Assembly (NCBI RefSeq): GCF_009914755.1
Contig: NC_060925.1
Source: the human T2T-CHM13v2.0 reference genome, Homo sapiens
Reading direction: 5' to 3' (one strand)
DNA length: 64,000 nt
In this document: positions 26,201-39,350 of the stretch, piece by piece
How positions within the stretch are numbered: position 1 is the stretch's first letter
Layout of the letters: each line of letters begins with the position of its first letter
Translations under genes and position numbers: made by a program
The notes under the pieces: model-generated
Seen by the model: the letters and a program-made list of their open reading frames with translations, nothing else
Databases searched by the model: none
What the model was told of the DNA's origin: nothing

Positions 26201-26722
26201 GAAACAGCCTTTGTTTGCTTTTAAAAGGGTCACAGGATGGGCACCAGGAGGCAGGTGTTTCAGAACCGACTGCCAGCCAGTAATTCCCCAGGACTGATCC
26301 CTGACAGGCCTGGGTTTGAATAGGACTCTGCCATCTCCAGACAGAATGGCCTTGGGTGAGCCTCAGTTTCCACACCTGAATTGCTGGGAATGATGCTGGA
26401 GGGGCCCGGGTGAGAGCTGGGCCTCACAGGGCTTTGACAGCAGAGCTCAAGGTTTGGGTCTTTGCTTTAGGAAAAGTGGGAGCCTCTGAGGGGCTTTAAA
26501 CAGAGGGAGGACAGGAGTGTTTTGCATTTCAAACAAATTGCTTAAGACCTTTATCTCAGCCCTTCTGTGGGTTGTGGGGACAAAATGGTAAAATGCTGCT
26601 GAAAAGCTTAGACCAGTGATGACTCAGAGCAGCTTCCAGGAACTGACAGCAAATGTTTTGGGTGGAGATGGGTGGAGTGAGAAGTAGGTCAGAGGCTCCA
26701 GACAGATGTCTGCAGCTAGGCT

Positions 26723-26968
26723 CATCAGAGCAGCAATCCCTCCCATTATAGCAGTGACCACACCCATCAGAGCAGCAGCCCCTCCCACTATAGCAGTGAC
26801 CACGCCCATCAGAGCAGCACCCCTCCCATTATAGCAGTGACCACACCCATCAGAGCAGCAGCCCCTCCCATTATAGCAGTGGCCATGCCCACCGGAGGAG
26901 CAGCCCCTCCCATTATAGCAGTGGCCACACCCAGCAGAATAAGTGCCCATCACAGCAGCAGCCCCTCT
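26723..26968. repeat. 42-bp minisatellite, about 5 full copies plus a partial
   Basis: Unit CATCAGAGCAGCAGCCCCTCCCATTATAGCAGTGACCACACC repeated head to tail. Confidence 0.92.
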
Positions 26969-27018
26969 TGCCCTCCTGAGTGAGGAGCTGAGCACTTCAC
27001 ACAGGTATCCTCACTGCC

Positions 27019-27315
27019 TTTTTTTTTTTTTTTTTTTTTTTTGAGATGCAGTCTTGCTCTGTCTCCTAGGCTGGAGTGCAGTGGCCCAATCTTAGCTTAC
27101 TACAGCCTGGGGCTCAAGCAATTCTCCCGCCTCAGCCTCCCGAGTAGCTGGGATTACAGGCACCCGCCACCACACCCAGCTAATTTTTGTGTTTTTAGTA
27201 GAGACAGTGTTTCACCACGTTGGCAATGCTGGTCTCAATCTCCTGACCTCAAGTAATCCACCCACCTCGGCCTCCCAAAGTGCTGGGATTCCATGCGTGA
27301 GCCACCGCGCTGGCC
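27019..27315 (-). mobile_element. AluS with a small internal deletion, inserted in a MIR
   Basis: Poly-T head and Alu dimer; MIR core 'gaaactgaggctc' follows at 27371. Confidence 0.9.
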
Positions 27316-28959
27316 CCTCTCACGGCACTCAGTGAGGTGGGTGTTATTACCACCTTGTGTTACAGAAGGAGAAACTGAGGCTCCAAGAGGTTACTGGCTT
27401 ATCAATTAGACCATGGAATCCTAGAGTGGGAAGGACCTTAGGGACATGCCCTCCAGGAAGACTCCCATCTCACAGAAGGGGAAACTGAGTCATGGGGCAG
27501 GGCGGTGGCTTGTCTATAGTAAACTGTTCATTACACTTGAGGGTCAAACAATCATCAGGGGCTGAGGATACAGAAATGAATCAGACAGAGCTCTTACCCT
27601 GAAGAACTTCCCAGTTCTTGGAGAGGAGGGTATTGGTGGGGGTTCCAATATAAATTATGTTTTGCCATTTACCATGAAATGGACAAGCAGGGAAGTGTGT
27701 GGAAGGTGCAGACACAATGCAAAGGAATCAGGAATGAAGTCCATGCAGTCTGGGACCACCAGGGTCGGCTTCTGGAAGGATGAGACAGTGCCAGAAAGGA
27801 AGTCACATCCCCTGTCTGCCTTCCCAGGGCCCTTTCTGCTTCTCCACAGCCACCTCTTAAATAGTGATGGTGGTAGTGCAGGATGTATAAAGACATTTTA
27901 TGTGACAAGTTACCAAACTCCAGTTCAAAAGGCACCTGAGCACAGATGCCCAGAATCAGTCACTGCAGCCCTGTTTATAACTGAGAAAATCAGAAACAAA
28001 TGAGTATCCATGGACAGGCAGTGGTTAAGGAACAGATGGAGCATCTGTATCATGAAATCTGGGCACCTGGTCTAAGGAACACTGCAGCAAGATTGAGGGT
28101 GAAGAGAGGGAAAGGAAACGTGATAAACTCATTGGTGCTTTTGTCCTGGGTGAAGAGACTGGGTTTGCCTGCGAGGCTGAAAGAGGGGGGCAACTCCCTG
28201 TCCCTGTCCTCTGCTGGGCCCCCCTCTTCCCCATGACCATCTTCCTCTCTTTCCCCTGGGTCCTGAGCTTTGCCACACAGATGTTACAGGGACACACCTG
28301 TCAGCCTTCTCCCAGCTGCACCTGAGGCAATGCCATTCATTTATTCATTCATTCATCCATTCACTCCCATTCACTCATTTATTGAGCACCTGCTATGTGC
28401 CAGACAACATGCTGAACCCAAGGGAGCATGTGCAAAGGCCCTGGGGCAAGAGGCAGCAAAGCAAGGACAAAGAACAGGAAAACAGCCAGAGGGGCTGGGC
28501 CCAGACAGGAAGTGAGCGGGCAGTGCCAGATGGGGCTGGGCAGAGACGGGCAGGAGTGCAGGCTTCATGGAGGACTGTGGTGCTTATCTCTAGAGTAATC
28601 AGCAGCCACAGGAGAGTTCTAGCCAGGTAGACCTCAATAGATCACATGGGAACTGATTTACCCAAGTCCCAAAAATGCCTGCCCTCAAGTTCAGTCTTGC
28701 CCTGGAAACCCCAAGGGACACAGCAGGGATCAAGGCTAACTGAGCCCCCAGGACCCAGGGCCCAGTCATTCTGGGTGTATGTGGAGGTGACAGTGATGCA
28801 TGAATATAATCATTAAATAGGAACTATGTCAGGTGACGTGTACCATGAAGGAAAATGAAACAGTGTAAGAGGGACAGAGAGGTACGGGGGTTGCTGTGTT
28901 AGATGCAGGTGTCACGAAAGTCCCCTGGCAAAGCAGAGGCCATGCATGACATGAGAAAT

Positions 28960-29983
28960 TGTTAGCAGCCGAAAGTATCCAAGTCACAGGTCTGCAAAGT
29001 ATGTCAGCAGCGGTACGAATCCATATCTCTATCGGTCTGCAGCAATCTCAATCCTTGCCTCCTCAGAAGATAGAATTCGACCCAGGGGCATAAGGCAGGA
29101 GAGACCGAGGCAAGTTTTAGAGCAGGAGTGAAAGTTTACTAAAAAGCTTTAGAGTAGAAAGGAAAGGAAGGAAAGTAAGTACACTTGGAAGTTCACAGCT
29201 GGAACTTCTTCCATGACAGCAGCCTTGGAGGGGCCAGGGGAGCAGAGGGGACAGCGACATGCCAGGCACCACACCAGGGGCTTTGCATTAAACGTTTGAT
29301 TTATTTTTCATAATAACATTTGCTCAGTGGTTATTAGAATCCACCTTTAGTATCTTGGGAAACTGACATTCAGAGCAGTAAAGCCACCTGCCCAAGGTCA
29401 CAGCCAGTGTGTGGCTGAGCTGGGATTCAGCCCCAGGCGAGTCTCACTCAGAAAGCCGTGCTCCAGTGCTAGGGACATGGCTTTGGGTAACTGTACAGGT
29501 CTGCAGCAACCTCAATTCTTGCCTCCTCAGCAAAAAGAATTCAATTCAGAGGCATAGGCAGAAGGAGAGACTGAGGCAAGTTTTAGAGCAGGAGTGAAAG
29601 TTTACTAAAAAGCTTTAGAGTGGGAAGGAGAGAAAGTATACTTGGAAGAAGGCCAAGGGGGTGACTTGAAAGACACAGGCACCATTTGACCTTTTGGCTT
29701 GGGGTTTCCTGTGTTGGCATACGTCCAGGGTCTTGCATCACTTTTCCCAACTCCTAAGATCTTATTGGGAAGCTGCTGAGCTGATCACTAGTTTCAGGTG
29801 TTTTCTATTAGAAGTCAGCCTTTCCCTGGTGCCGGCTGTGACCAATTATTACTTTAGAGAGACAGTTAACAACTGCCTGACCATCACCTGATGGTCGCCC
29901 AACCCTCCTGGTGTGTGTCTGGGGTGGGGAGGGGGGAACCCTCTCCTGCCCTGTTCATACCTGCCTAGCTACCCACTGCAACA
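28960..29983 (-). mobile_element. MER50 ERV1 solo LTR, internally rearranged, inserted in an L2
   Basis: TG...CA ends with 4-bp TSD AAAT (28956-28959 / 29984-29987); 'ggtctgcagcaacctcaattcttgcctcctcag' and 'gacagttaacaactgcctgaccatcacctgatggtcgcc' match recalled MER50. Confidence 0.85.
29191..29482 (-). repeat. Inverted copy of 30795-31085 (MIR plus unique flank)
   Basis: Reverse complement aligns along its whole length; both copies give the ORF start MWLSWDSAPGESHSE on opposite strands. Confidence 0.92.
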
Positions 29984-30320
29984 AAATGAGAAATGGGCCA
30001 TGCAGGTGGGTGGGACATTCCAGGCAGAGGGAACAGCAGATGCAGAGGCCCAAGGCAGGAACGTGCCTGTTAGGCAGCCAGGAGGCCCATGCAGCAGGAG
30101 GGGAAGCCTTGGAAGGACCGGGGCGTTTACTCTGAGTGCCATGAGGAGCCTTTGGGGAGCTTTGAGCAGAGCAAGGACACATCCTGACAGGTTTTCCAAG
30201 GATGTCACTGGCTGCTGAGTGGAGAGCAGTTTGCAGGGGTGACAGCGGGGGTTTGCAGGGAATGGGTAGGGGGCCCAGAGGCCAACACCATAGTCCAGGC
30301 AAGAGTGGAGGCTGACCTCG
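29984..30320 (-). mobile_element. L2 LINE fragment (continues from about 28780-28959)
   Basis: 'ttccaggcagagggaacagcagatgcagaggccc', a typical antisense L2 motif. Confidence 0.7.
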
Positions 30321-30794
30321 GTTCATCCTGCGCCTCCTGTTTTGTAACCTCCTTTTTCCACCTGACCATGCCTCAGGGACATCCTCTAGGTCAACACACA
30401 AAACTCCTCCCCATCCTTTCTAGCAGCCGCCCACACCACACCATATGAAGGCCTCTTTCTTTCACCGCTTCCTCTCCATGGACACTTTATGTGTTTTGGA
30501 TTTTCTCAATTATTAACAGCTGCAGGGACTGATCCTGGGCACCTGTGCTCAGACGCCCTCCAGCTGCATTTGGTTTACTTAATACAGTAACCACACAGCG
30601 TCCTGACCCACCCAGGGGAGCTTCTGTTCACTCCTGGAGAATTCCTTGCTTTGCCCCCTTCCTCCTTCTCTTCTCACATCACCCTAGACCTGAAGGGCTT
30701 TGTTCAGCTGTGTGCTGTATCCTGGGACAGCACCTGGCCCAGGGTGGATAAAAAGGCCTGTTGGTGAAGCTCGGAGTCCTGGTGTCTCCCGGGC

Positions 30795-31025
30795 AGCCGT
30801 GTCCCTAGTACTGGAGTATGGGCTTCTTTCTGAGTGAGACTCGCCTGGGGCTGAATCCCAGCTCAGCCACACACTGGCCGTGACCTTGGGCAGGTGGCTT
30901 TACTGCTCTGAATGTCAGTTTCCCAGAATACTAGAGGTGGATTTTAATAACCACTAAGCAAATGTTAATGTGAAAAATAAACATTTAATGCAAAGCCCCT
31001 GGTGTGGTGCCTGGCATGTCGCTGT
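30795..31025 (+). mobile_element. MIR SINE (donor of the inverted copy)
   Basis: 'gaatcccagctcagccac...gtgaccttgggcagg...tcagtttccc...gtgcctggca'. Confidence 0.75.
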
Positions 31026-31954
31026 CCCCTCTGCGCCCGTTGCCCCTCCAAGGCTGCTGTCAAGGAAGAAGTTCTAGCTGTGAGCATCTTTCCAGCACCA
31101 TCGAGATGTAATTGAAACATGGAGCGGATGATGCTGGGCAGTCAGTTGCATGAGACCCTGCTTCCCACTGGGGCCTTGTCTGTGCAGGGTGTGATGGGAG
31201 CCTCTCGCTGGTTTACGGCCAGGCTGTCCGTACTCTGGCTCCCAGCACCCCGTGTCTCCCGAGGTCTCTGAAGGAAAAAGACCTGGGCTGGAGGGCTGGG
31301 TCCCTGACCCACTCAGGACCCGGGTGCCAGGGAGGGGGAACACGTCAGCCTCAGATGTGTGGGAGTGGGGGGACCTGGCTGGGAGGGAGGAGGACTCTGT
31401 TCTCCAGTTGCACAGGGAACTGGATTCCTGACCCACGGCAGCAGATAAAATATAGGTGTTCTTGTAAGCTGCCAAGTGTTGGATGCCTTGTTTCTCATAG
31501 AAGACTAATATAAGGAGAGTGTATGGGGCAGAGCCCTGCCTGCCTCCTTCTTGAGGGAGGGCAGAGTTCACTGGAAATAAAAAAAAAAAAAACAATGCCA
31601 GCCCCAGCACACCTGCAGAACTGGACCACCATCGTCATCAACCAGCCCCTTCCCCACACCTGGCACTTATTTAACCTATTCACCAGCACAACACCAGGGC
31701 CAAGGGGAGATTAGCAAGCATCTGAGATGCGCCCCATCCACCCTTCTGCCCTGGCCCTGGCCCAGATGGGCACTCTCCTCCCACCCCCAGGCCTGCCCCA
31801 TGCTGTTGCCAGTTGCTCTTCTCAGGCACACTCTGACCTTGCCATCCCCCTGCTTAGAAACAGTCAAGGGCTCCACATTTCCCACTGAAGGAAGCCAGTA
31901 TGCTTAACAGGTGAGGCTGCCTGTGATCCAACCTGAACACAGCCTGTGGGGAGA

Positions 31955-32190
31955 GGGGCCAGTGGTTAAGACCCAAACTCTGGAGCCAGGACACCACAGT
32001 CCACCTCCTGGCTCTGCCACCTGCTGAGTTAGTCACATACCCTCTCTGAGCCTCAGTTTTCTCTTCTATACAATGAGGATTGTTCTCCCTCATGGAGTCT
32101 GCTTCACAGAGTTGGTGTGCAAATGAATGAGTCAAAGCATGTAAAATGCTTAGGATGTCCAGCGCCTGGTAAGCTCTCTATGTGTGCCCA
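31955..32190 (+). mobile_element. MIR SINE, near full length
   Basis: 'agtggttaaga...ctctggagccag...ctctctgagcctcagttttctcttctatacaatg'. Confidence 0.85.
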
Positions 32191-33029
32191 TTCTTGTGAT
32201 CTGTTAGGTTGGTATTTGGAGGTAGTTTATGCATGTTATCCTTCTGGGATCAGCCCTTCCTCCCACCCCTGCCTACCCCGCCTCTTGGACTGACCTCTCA
32301 GAGGAACCAGTGCATTTCCTTCCAAGCTCAGCCGGAAGAGCTGGGTTTTCCATCACCTGCAACCACACAGGCCAAGCCTGCCCCCTGCGCATCTTCATCC
32401 TTTCCTGCTCCCTACGCGTCTTCATCCTTTCCTGCTCCTGGACCTGAGCCCTCTGCTCCAGCCCTACCGACTGGCCCCTCCCAGACACCACCAGTACGTT
32501 CCCACCCCTATGTCTTCACTCTTGTGGTTCCCTCTTCCTAAATACCGATCTCCATCTCCTTAACTCTTATTCTCCCAAAATGCTGCATGTCCTTCAATGC
32601 ACCAGCATCCATGAACCTTGAAAGCAGAGCACAGAGGAAAGAGACGGGCTTTCATCCCTGCTCCACCCCTTACCCACTGAGTGGGCACAGACTCCTTGTT
32701 TAACCTCCCAAACCTCAGTTTACTCATCCAGCATGTGCAGGCGATAAAAACAGTCCTACAGGGGTCCGGGGTGGATTGAGTGCAGTAGTTCACAACAAAG
32801 GCCTGGTGCACAGTGGGTGCCTAATAATTGCTGGCTGACGCAGTCAGTGCTAGAGTGACTTATGCCAGCTTTGCCCCCAGCACTTCACCTCCAGAAGGGC
32901 AGGTAGGAACCCCAGGGAAACCTTACCCAGCAGCCTCGCTTTGGGAAAAAGAAATAGAAAATATTCTAATTCCAAAGAGTAAATGTCAGAGGCGTGGGAA
33001 GGAGTCAGAGGTTCTGAAAATAAACACAG

Positions 33030-33765
33030 TCACTGAAAGGAGGGAGGGAGAGAAAGGAGGGGGCTGAGGTGGAGGACTGGAGTGAGAGGCAGAGAGGAGA
33101 TGCCAAGTATGGGAAAGGCAGACAGAAGGAGGGAGACAGAGAGAGCCAGAGACAGAAGGGATGAGGGAGAGAAACGGAGACAGAGGGGAGGGAGAGAGAC
33201 AGAGCCAGAGACAGATGGGAGGAGGGAGAGAGACAAAACCAGAGACAGAAAGAAGGAGGGAAAGAAACAGAGCCAGAGACAGAGGGGATGAGGGAGAGAG
33301 ACAGAGACAGAGGGGAGGAGAGAGAGAGACAGGGGAGGAGAGAGAGACAGAGGGGAGGAGAGAGAGAGACAGAGGGGAGGAAAGAGAGAGACAGAGGGGA
33401 GGAGGGAGAGAGAGAGAGCCAGAGACAGAGGGGAGGAGGAAGAGAGACAGAGATACAGAGACAGAGGGGAGGGGGGGAGAGAGGGGGACAGAGAGACGAA
33501 AGACAGAGACAGAAGGGAGGAGAGAGAGAGACAGAGGGGATGAGAGAGACAGGGGGAGGAGGGAGAGAGACAGAGACAGATAGCCAGAGACAGAGGGAAG
33601 GAGGGAGAGAAATAGAGCCAGAGACAGAAGGGAGGAGGGAGAGAAAGACAGAGGGGAGGAGGGAGAGAGCCAGAGACAGAGGGGAGAAGGGAGGGAGAGA
33701 GAGATGGAGACAGAGAGACACAGAGATGAAAAGGGGGAGAGGGGACAGGGAGAGAGACACAGAGA
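33030..33765. repeat. GA-rich polypurine degenerate minisatellite
   Basis: Recurrent 'gagacagagggg(g)aggag' and 'agagccagagacag' units; almost no T on the + strand. Confidence 0.92.
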
Positions 33766-36700
33766 TCTTTTCATTCTGGACCAGTCTTCACTTAAGTCGC
33801 ACTCCCCCTCAACAAAAGTGGCCTCACCTGTAAAATGCAGATGTTAGACTAAGTCAGAGGTGGCAAACTGATGGCTGCAGAATGTATCCACCTGTGCATA
33901 TGTTTGTTTTTTTCTGCGTATTTTTTTTCAAAATTGGGTGGACTTCCAAAGTTTACAAATGGGGATATTTTGCCTAGAAATTCAGACCTCTGTCTCTTGG
34001 CAGCATCAGGAGGCTGGCCTCTTAGGGCTTGCACTCTGGCCTGGGCAGTTGGCTGAGTGAGGCAGCTTTTGCCCACTGCAGGAGGGCATGCATGCTCCAG
34101 GTAGCCACAGTCCTGCCACACCTGACCACCCCTCAGCTTGGAGGCTGAGCAACAGATTCTTTCATGTCATGCTTGCTCTGTTTTGTATTTACACTGGAAC
34201 ACCTCCTGCCCTCTAAAAGATTCCCGGCGATGCCTGGACCAGAGGATCTATCTCTAAGACCCACCTGCTCATCCTGAGAGTTTATGACTCTCAGCTCAAA
34301 TATCAGCTCCTGGGAGAGGCCTTCTTGAGATAACACAGCCCTCTCGCCCTCAACCTCATGCTTCATCCCATTGCTCGTCAATCAGAGACAGAACAAACTA
34401 GGAAAGAGTGAGTGGCTGGGCCAGCTCCAGTTTCCCATCTGAGAAATGACCTGAGGTTGGGCAGGGGTGGGGAGAGGAGGTTTGTACTAGATGGTTGTAA
34501 GCAGAACCACTCCAGACCCAAGTCCAGTCTATTTCTGGGAGGGGGAGGGTCCAGGGCTCTCCCTGATGCAAGTGGAGTTGGGACCCTTTTAGAGTAGACC
34601 ACCCTAGGGGTCCGTACCTGGAACAGGTGAAATGGGATCCAGGGGGTTCTTTAGGGCAGCTTCTAAGGGACGACCAGAACAAAGGAGCCCCATCCAGTGT
34701 TGACTGAAGGTCCTTAGGATCAGGGCCTCCTGCCACAGCAGGAGGATAGCTCAGCTGGAAGTCCCCTCCCCACCCCAGAAAAACATGCCCTGGAAGCCTG
34801 GGAGGAACCAGGAGCCCCACTGACCACTGATTTGCTGAGTGACCCTGGGGAAGTCACTTATGAATGCACACCTCCATTTCCTCCCCTGCCTGCAGGAGCC
34901 ATAACCTAACCCCTCTCCCCAGCCCCCCAGAATCTGAAAGGTAAAAGGCCATAGGGTAGTCCACAGCCCTGAGCAGGGGAAGAAGACAACACGGGGATTT
35001 ATCAACACTGCAAACGCCTGGGTGGCGGACAGAGGACCCCATTCCACAGGCATCAGTTACCATGTTAAGCACGCTGCCCTGTGGGAGGCCCTAGGGACCC
35101 AGTGCTCACCTCCAACATCGAGAAGCAGAGGCATCTTCCTCTATGTCGTGATTCAGGGCCCACGGATGCAGGCAGCCCCTTCCCACCTCTCAGGAGCCAT
35201 GGGTCCACGTACCAGACAAATTGAGCAGCTCTGTGGTGGTTGTTTCCTGGTGAATTAAAGGATGTTAGAGGGAGAAAGAGGCCCATATTGCAGGGCTTAT
35301 TGCGTACCAGGCTCTCTGCCTGCTATATGGGCAGAATACTTACTTCTCACAGCAAAAACATGTATACCCCCATTTTGCAAATGAGGAAACTGAGGCTCAG
35401 GTTGAATAAGGTCACATAGCTGGTAAATGGCCTCAGGCTTAGTCCAACAGCCCTTAGAAATCCCTGCCTTGGTGTCTCCACCCAGACCTCACCTGGTCTT
35501 GGCTCCCATACCTGTGGGCCAATGGCAGCTCCCAGGACAGGCAGATCTCACATCTCCAAAGTTGAAATCTGTCCCCTGTGAGTTTCCTCTGAGATCCCAG
35601 CTCTGCGTCTGGAGTCTTCACACACCATGTGGGATCACCCACCTAACAGCCTCAGGCATCAGCAGCCACAACAGCACCACCAACAGTAACAGCTAACCTT
35701 TGTGGAATGCTCATTACTTGCCAGACAATTCATTTTTGTGTATGGGACAAGATATGGATCAATTTTTAGAAGTATGTATATCCAGTTTTTGTTTCAGCAC
35801 CATTTATTGAAAAGATGATTCTTTATCCACTGAATTGCCTTTACATTTTTGTCAAAAATAAGTTGTCCTTAATGGGTGGATTTATTTCTGCATTCTCCAT
35901 TTTGTTCCATTGATCACTTTGTCTATCTTGATGCCAGTACCACATTCTCTGAATTATTGTAGCATTATCCTATGTCTTGAAGTCCGGTAATATTCATTCA
36001 CCAACTTTGATCTTTTCAACAGCTGTGTTGGCTATTCTTTACATTTTGATATGAATTTTAGAATCAACTTGCCAATTACTGCAAAACACTTCTGGGATTA
36101 GATTGAGATTATTTTGAATCTATAAGTCAATTTATGAAGAATTAACATCTTAATAATAATGGGTCTTCCAACGCATGAACACTGTGTCTCTCTATCTACT
36201 TAAGTAATTTTAAATTTCTCTCAAAATTTTTTTTTACAATTTTCAGTGTATATATCTTATACTTCTTTTGTCAGATTTATCACTAATGAATTTATATTCC
36301 TTATGCTATTGCAAATGGTATTGACTTTCTATTGCAATTTCCAATTATCCATTCCCAATATGTAGAGATGCAGTTGATTTTTGTGTATTGATTATATGGC
36401 CTGAAAACTTGCTAAACTCATTTTTCAGTTAAAGGTATCGTTTTTTAAAAATAGATTCTATATCTGTGAATAATGACAGGTTTACTTTTTTCTTTAATCC
36501 TTTAATTAAATCTGGATGCCCTTAATTTCTTTTTCTTGCTTTGTTGCATTGGCTACAACCTCCACTACATTGTCAAATAGGAGTGGTGACTCTGGGTTTT
36601 ACCTTGTTCCTGATCTCAAGGCAAAAAGGCTTCAGTCTTTCATCAGTAAGTATGATGTTAGTGGCTGATATATGTAGGTGTCCTTTATCAAGATGAAAGA

Positions 36701-36889
36701 GTTCACTTCTATTCCTACTGTGCTGAGAGCTTTTATCACAAATGGGTCTTGAATTTTGTGAAATAGTTGTACTACATCTAGTGCAATGATCATCTGGTTT
36801 TACAATATTATGAATTACATTGATTGATTTTTTAATATTAAATCAGCTTTGCATTCTAAGAAAAATTCCACTTGGCCATGATGCATTTT

Positions 36890-37212
<323 letters not shown>

Positions 37213-37352
37213 ACCATGATGCATTTTCTATCTTATATATTGTTGGATTTGATTTTCTGAATTTTGTTTAAAAACCTTAAACCTATGTTTATGAGGAATA
37301 CTGTTCTGTAGTTTTCTTTTCTAGTAAAGTCCACATGGTTTTGATATCAGGA

Positions 37353-37746
37353 TGTCTTAGTCTGTTTTGTGCTGCTATAGCAATATACCTGAGACTGTAT
37401 AATTTATATAAAACAGAAATTTATTTCCCACAGTCCTAGAGACTAGGAAGTTCAAGGTCAAGTCACCACTAGGTTAGGGCACAGTCTTTCTGGTTCCATG
37501 ATGGTGCCTTGAACACTGCATCTTCCAGAGGGGAGACATGCTGTATCCTCACATGTCAGAAGGCAGAAGTACAAAAGATGTGAACTCTCTCCTTCGAGCC
37601 CTTTTATAATGGCATTAATCCAACCATGAAGGCAGAGCTCTCATGATGTAAACACCTCCCAAAAGCGCACACCTCCCAAACTGTTGCATTGGGGATTAGG
37701 TTTCAATACGAAATTAAGAAAGAATGAAAGCATTCAAACCATAGCA
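37353..37746 (-). mobile_element. MST (MSTD-like) MaLR solo LTR
   Basis: 'tgtcttagtctgttttgtgctgctata...cattcaaaccatagca'; 5-bp TSD cagga/caggg. Confidence 0.85.
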
Positions 37747-37903
37747 CAGGGAAATGCTGGACTCACAGAATGAATTAGCAAGTAGTCCCTCCTCTTCAAT
37801 TGTATGGAAAACTTTGTGTAGATTTGATATTCTTTCATCCTTAAATGTTTTGTAGAATTCTGCAGAGAAGCCATCTAGGTCTTGAGTTTTCTAGAGGGAA
37901 GGC

Positions 37904-38210
37904 TTTGTTTTGTTTTGTTTTTGTTTTTGAGGCAAAGTCTTGCCCTGTCACATAGACTAGATGCAGTGGTATGATCATAGCTCACTGCAGCCTCAAACTT
38001 CTGGGCTCAAGCGATCCTCCCACCTCAGCCTCCTGAGTAGCTGAGACTATAGTCATGCACCACCATGCCTAATTTTTTACTTTTTCTAGAGATGCGGGTG
38101 TCACTATGTTGCTGTTGCCCAGGCTGGGCTTGAACTCCTGAATTCAAGCAGTCCTCCCGCCTCGGCCTCCCAAAGTGCTGGGATTACAGGTGTGAGCCAC
38201 TGCACCTAGC
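37904..38210 (-). mobile_element. AluJ
   Basis: J-type 'atcatagctcactgcagcctcaaac...gggctcaagcgatcctccc'. Confidence 0.88.
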
Positions 38211-38962
38211 TGTTCATGGGAGATTTTTAACAGCAAGTTCAATTATTCAATTTCTCTAACAGGCATGGGATTCTCCTGGCAGTCAATTTCTTCTTGAGTG
38301 ATCTTTGGTAATTTATGTATTTAAACAAATTTATCTACGTAGGTTGTCAAGTTTGTTTGCATAAAGTTGTTTATACTATTCCTTTACACTCGTTTTAATA
38401 CCTGTAGAATTGATAGCAATCTTCCCTCTCTCATTTCTGATATTAGTGATTTATAATTTCTCTCTTTTCTCTCAATCCCTCGGATATATAGTTATTATAT
38501 GATTAATTTTCTCAACTAGATTGTATTATAATTTATGTTATTTATGTTTTCTATCTCATTAATTTTTGGTCTGATCTTTATTGTCTTTTCTCTGTTTTGA
38601 GTTTAAATTGCTCTTCTAGCTTCTTAACATGGAAGCTGAAGCCATTAATTTGAGACCTTTCTCATTGTCTAATATAGGTGTTTTGTGCCACAAATTCCTC
38701 CTAAAGTACTGCTTTCATGGAATGTCATAAATTTTGATATGTCAGGCTTTAATTTTCATTCAATTCAAAATACTTCTTAATTTTTCTTTTGATTTACTCT
38801 TTGAGACTTTGTTTATATAATCAATCTTGATCAGTGTTTCACATGCATTTGATTATAATGTGTATCCTGCTATTGTTGGGTAGAGAGTTTTATAAATGCC
38901 TATTAGAACAAGTGGTTTGATGTGTCTTTTATATCCTTTTTGACTCTGTGTCTACTTGTTCT

Positions 38963-39350
38963 TGTCAGGCCTCTGAGCCCAAGCTAAGCCATCATATCCC
39001 CTGTGACTTGCACGTATACATCCAGATGGCCTGAAGCAACTGAAGATCCACAAAAGAAGTGAAAAGAGCCTTAACTGATGACATTCCACCATTGTGATTT
39101 GTTCCTGCCCCACCCTAACTGATACGATATAGTCTCCCCCACCATTAATAAGGTACTTTGTAATAGTCTCTCCGCCCTGGAGAATGTACTTTGTACGCCT
39201 ATCCCAAACCTATAAGAACTAATGATAATCCCACCACCCTTCGCTGACTCCTTTTTCGGACTCAGCCCGCCTGCACCCAGGTGAAGTAAACAGGCTTGTT
39301 GCTCACACAAAGCTTGTTGGTGGACTCTCTTCACATGGACTCATGTGACA
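38963..39350 (+). promoter_or_regulatory. 5' LTR7, potential promoter/enhancer
   Basis: U3 tandem repeats, TATA-like 'cctataagaac' near 39210, GC box 'cagcccgcc', poly(A)-signal position reads 'agtaaa'; activity not shown by sequence. Confidence 0.6.

Noticed and set aside
26723-26968. Regular repeats resembling a CRISPR array or a Cys/Gly repeat protein
   Set aside because: Units are head to tail with no unique spacers, there are no cas genes and the context is primate; it is a minisatellite
32986-33833. Long ORFs of 140-262 aa on both strands
   Set aside because: Produced by the GA-rich repeat, which lacks stop codons; no domain or exon structure
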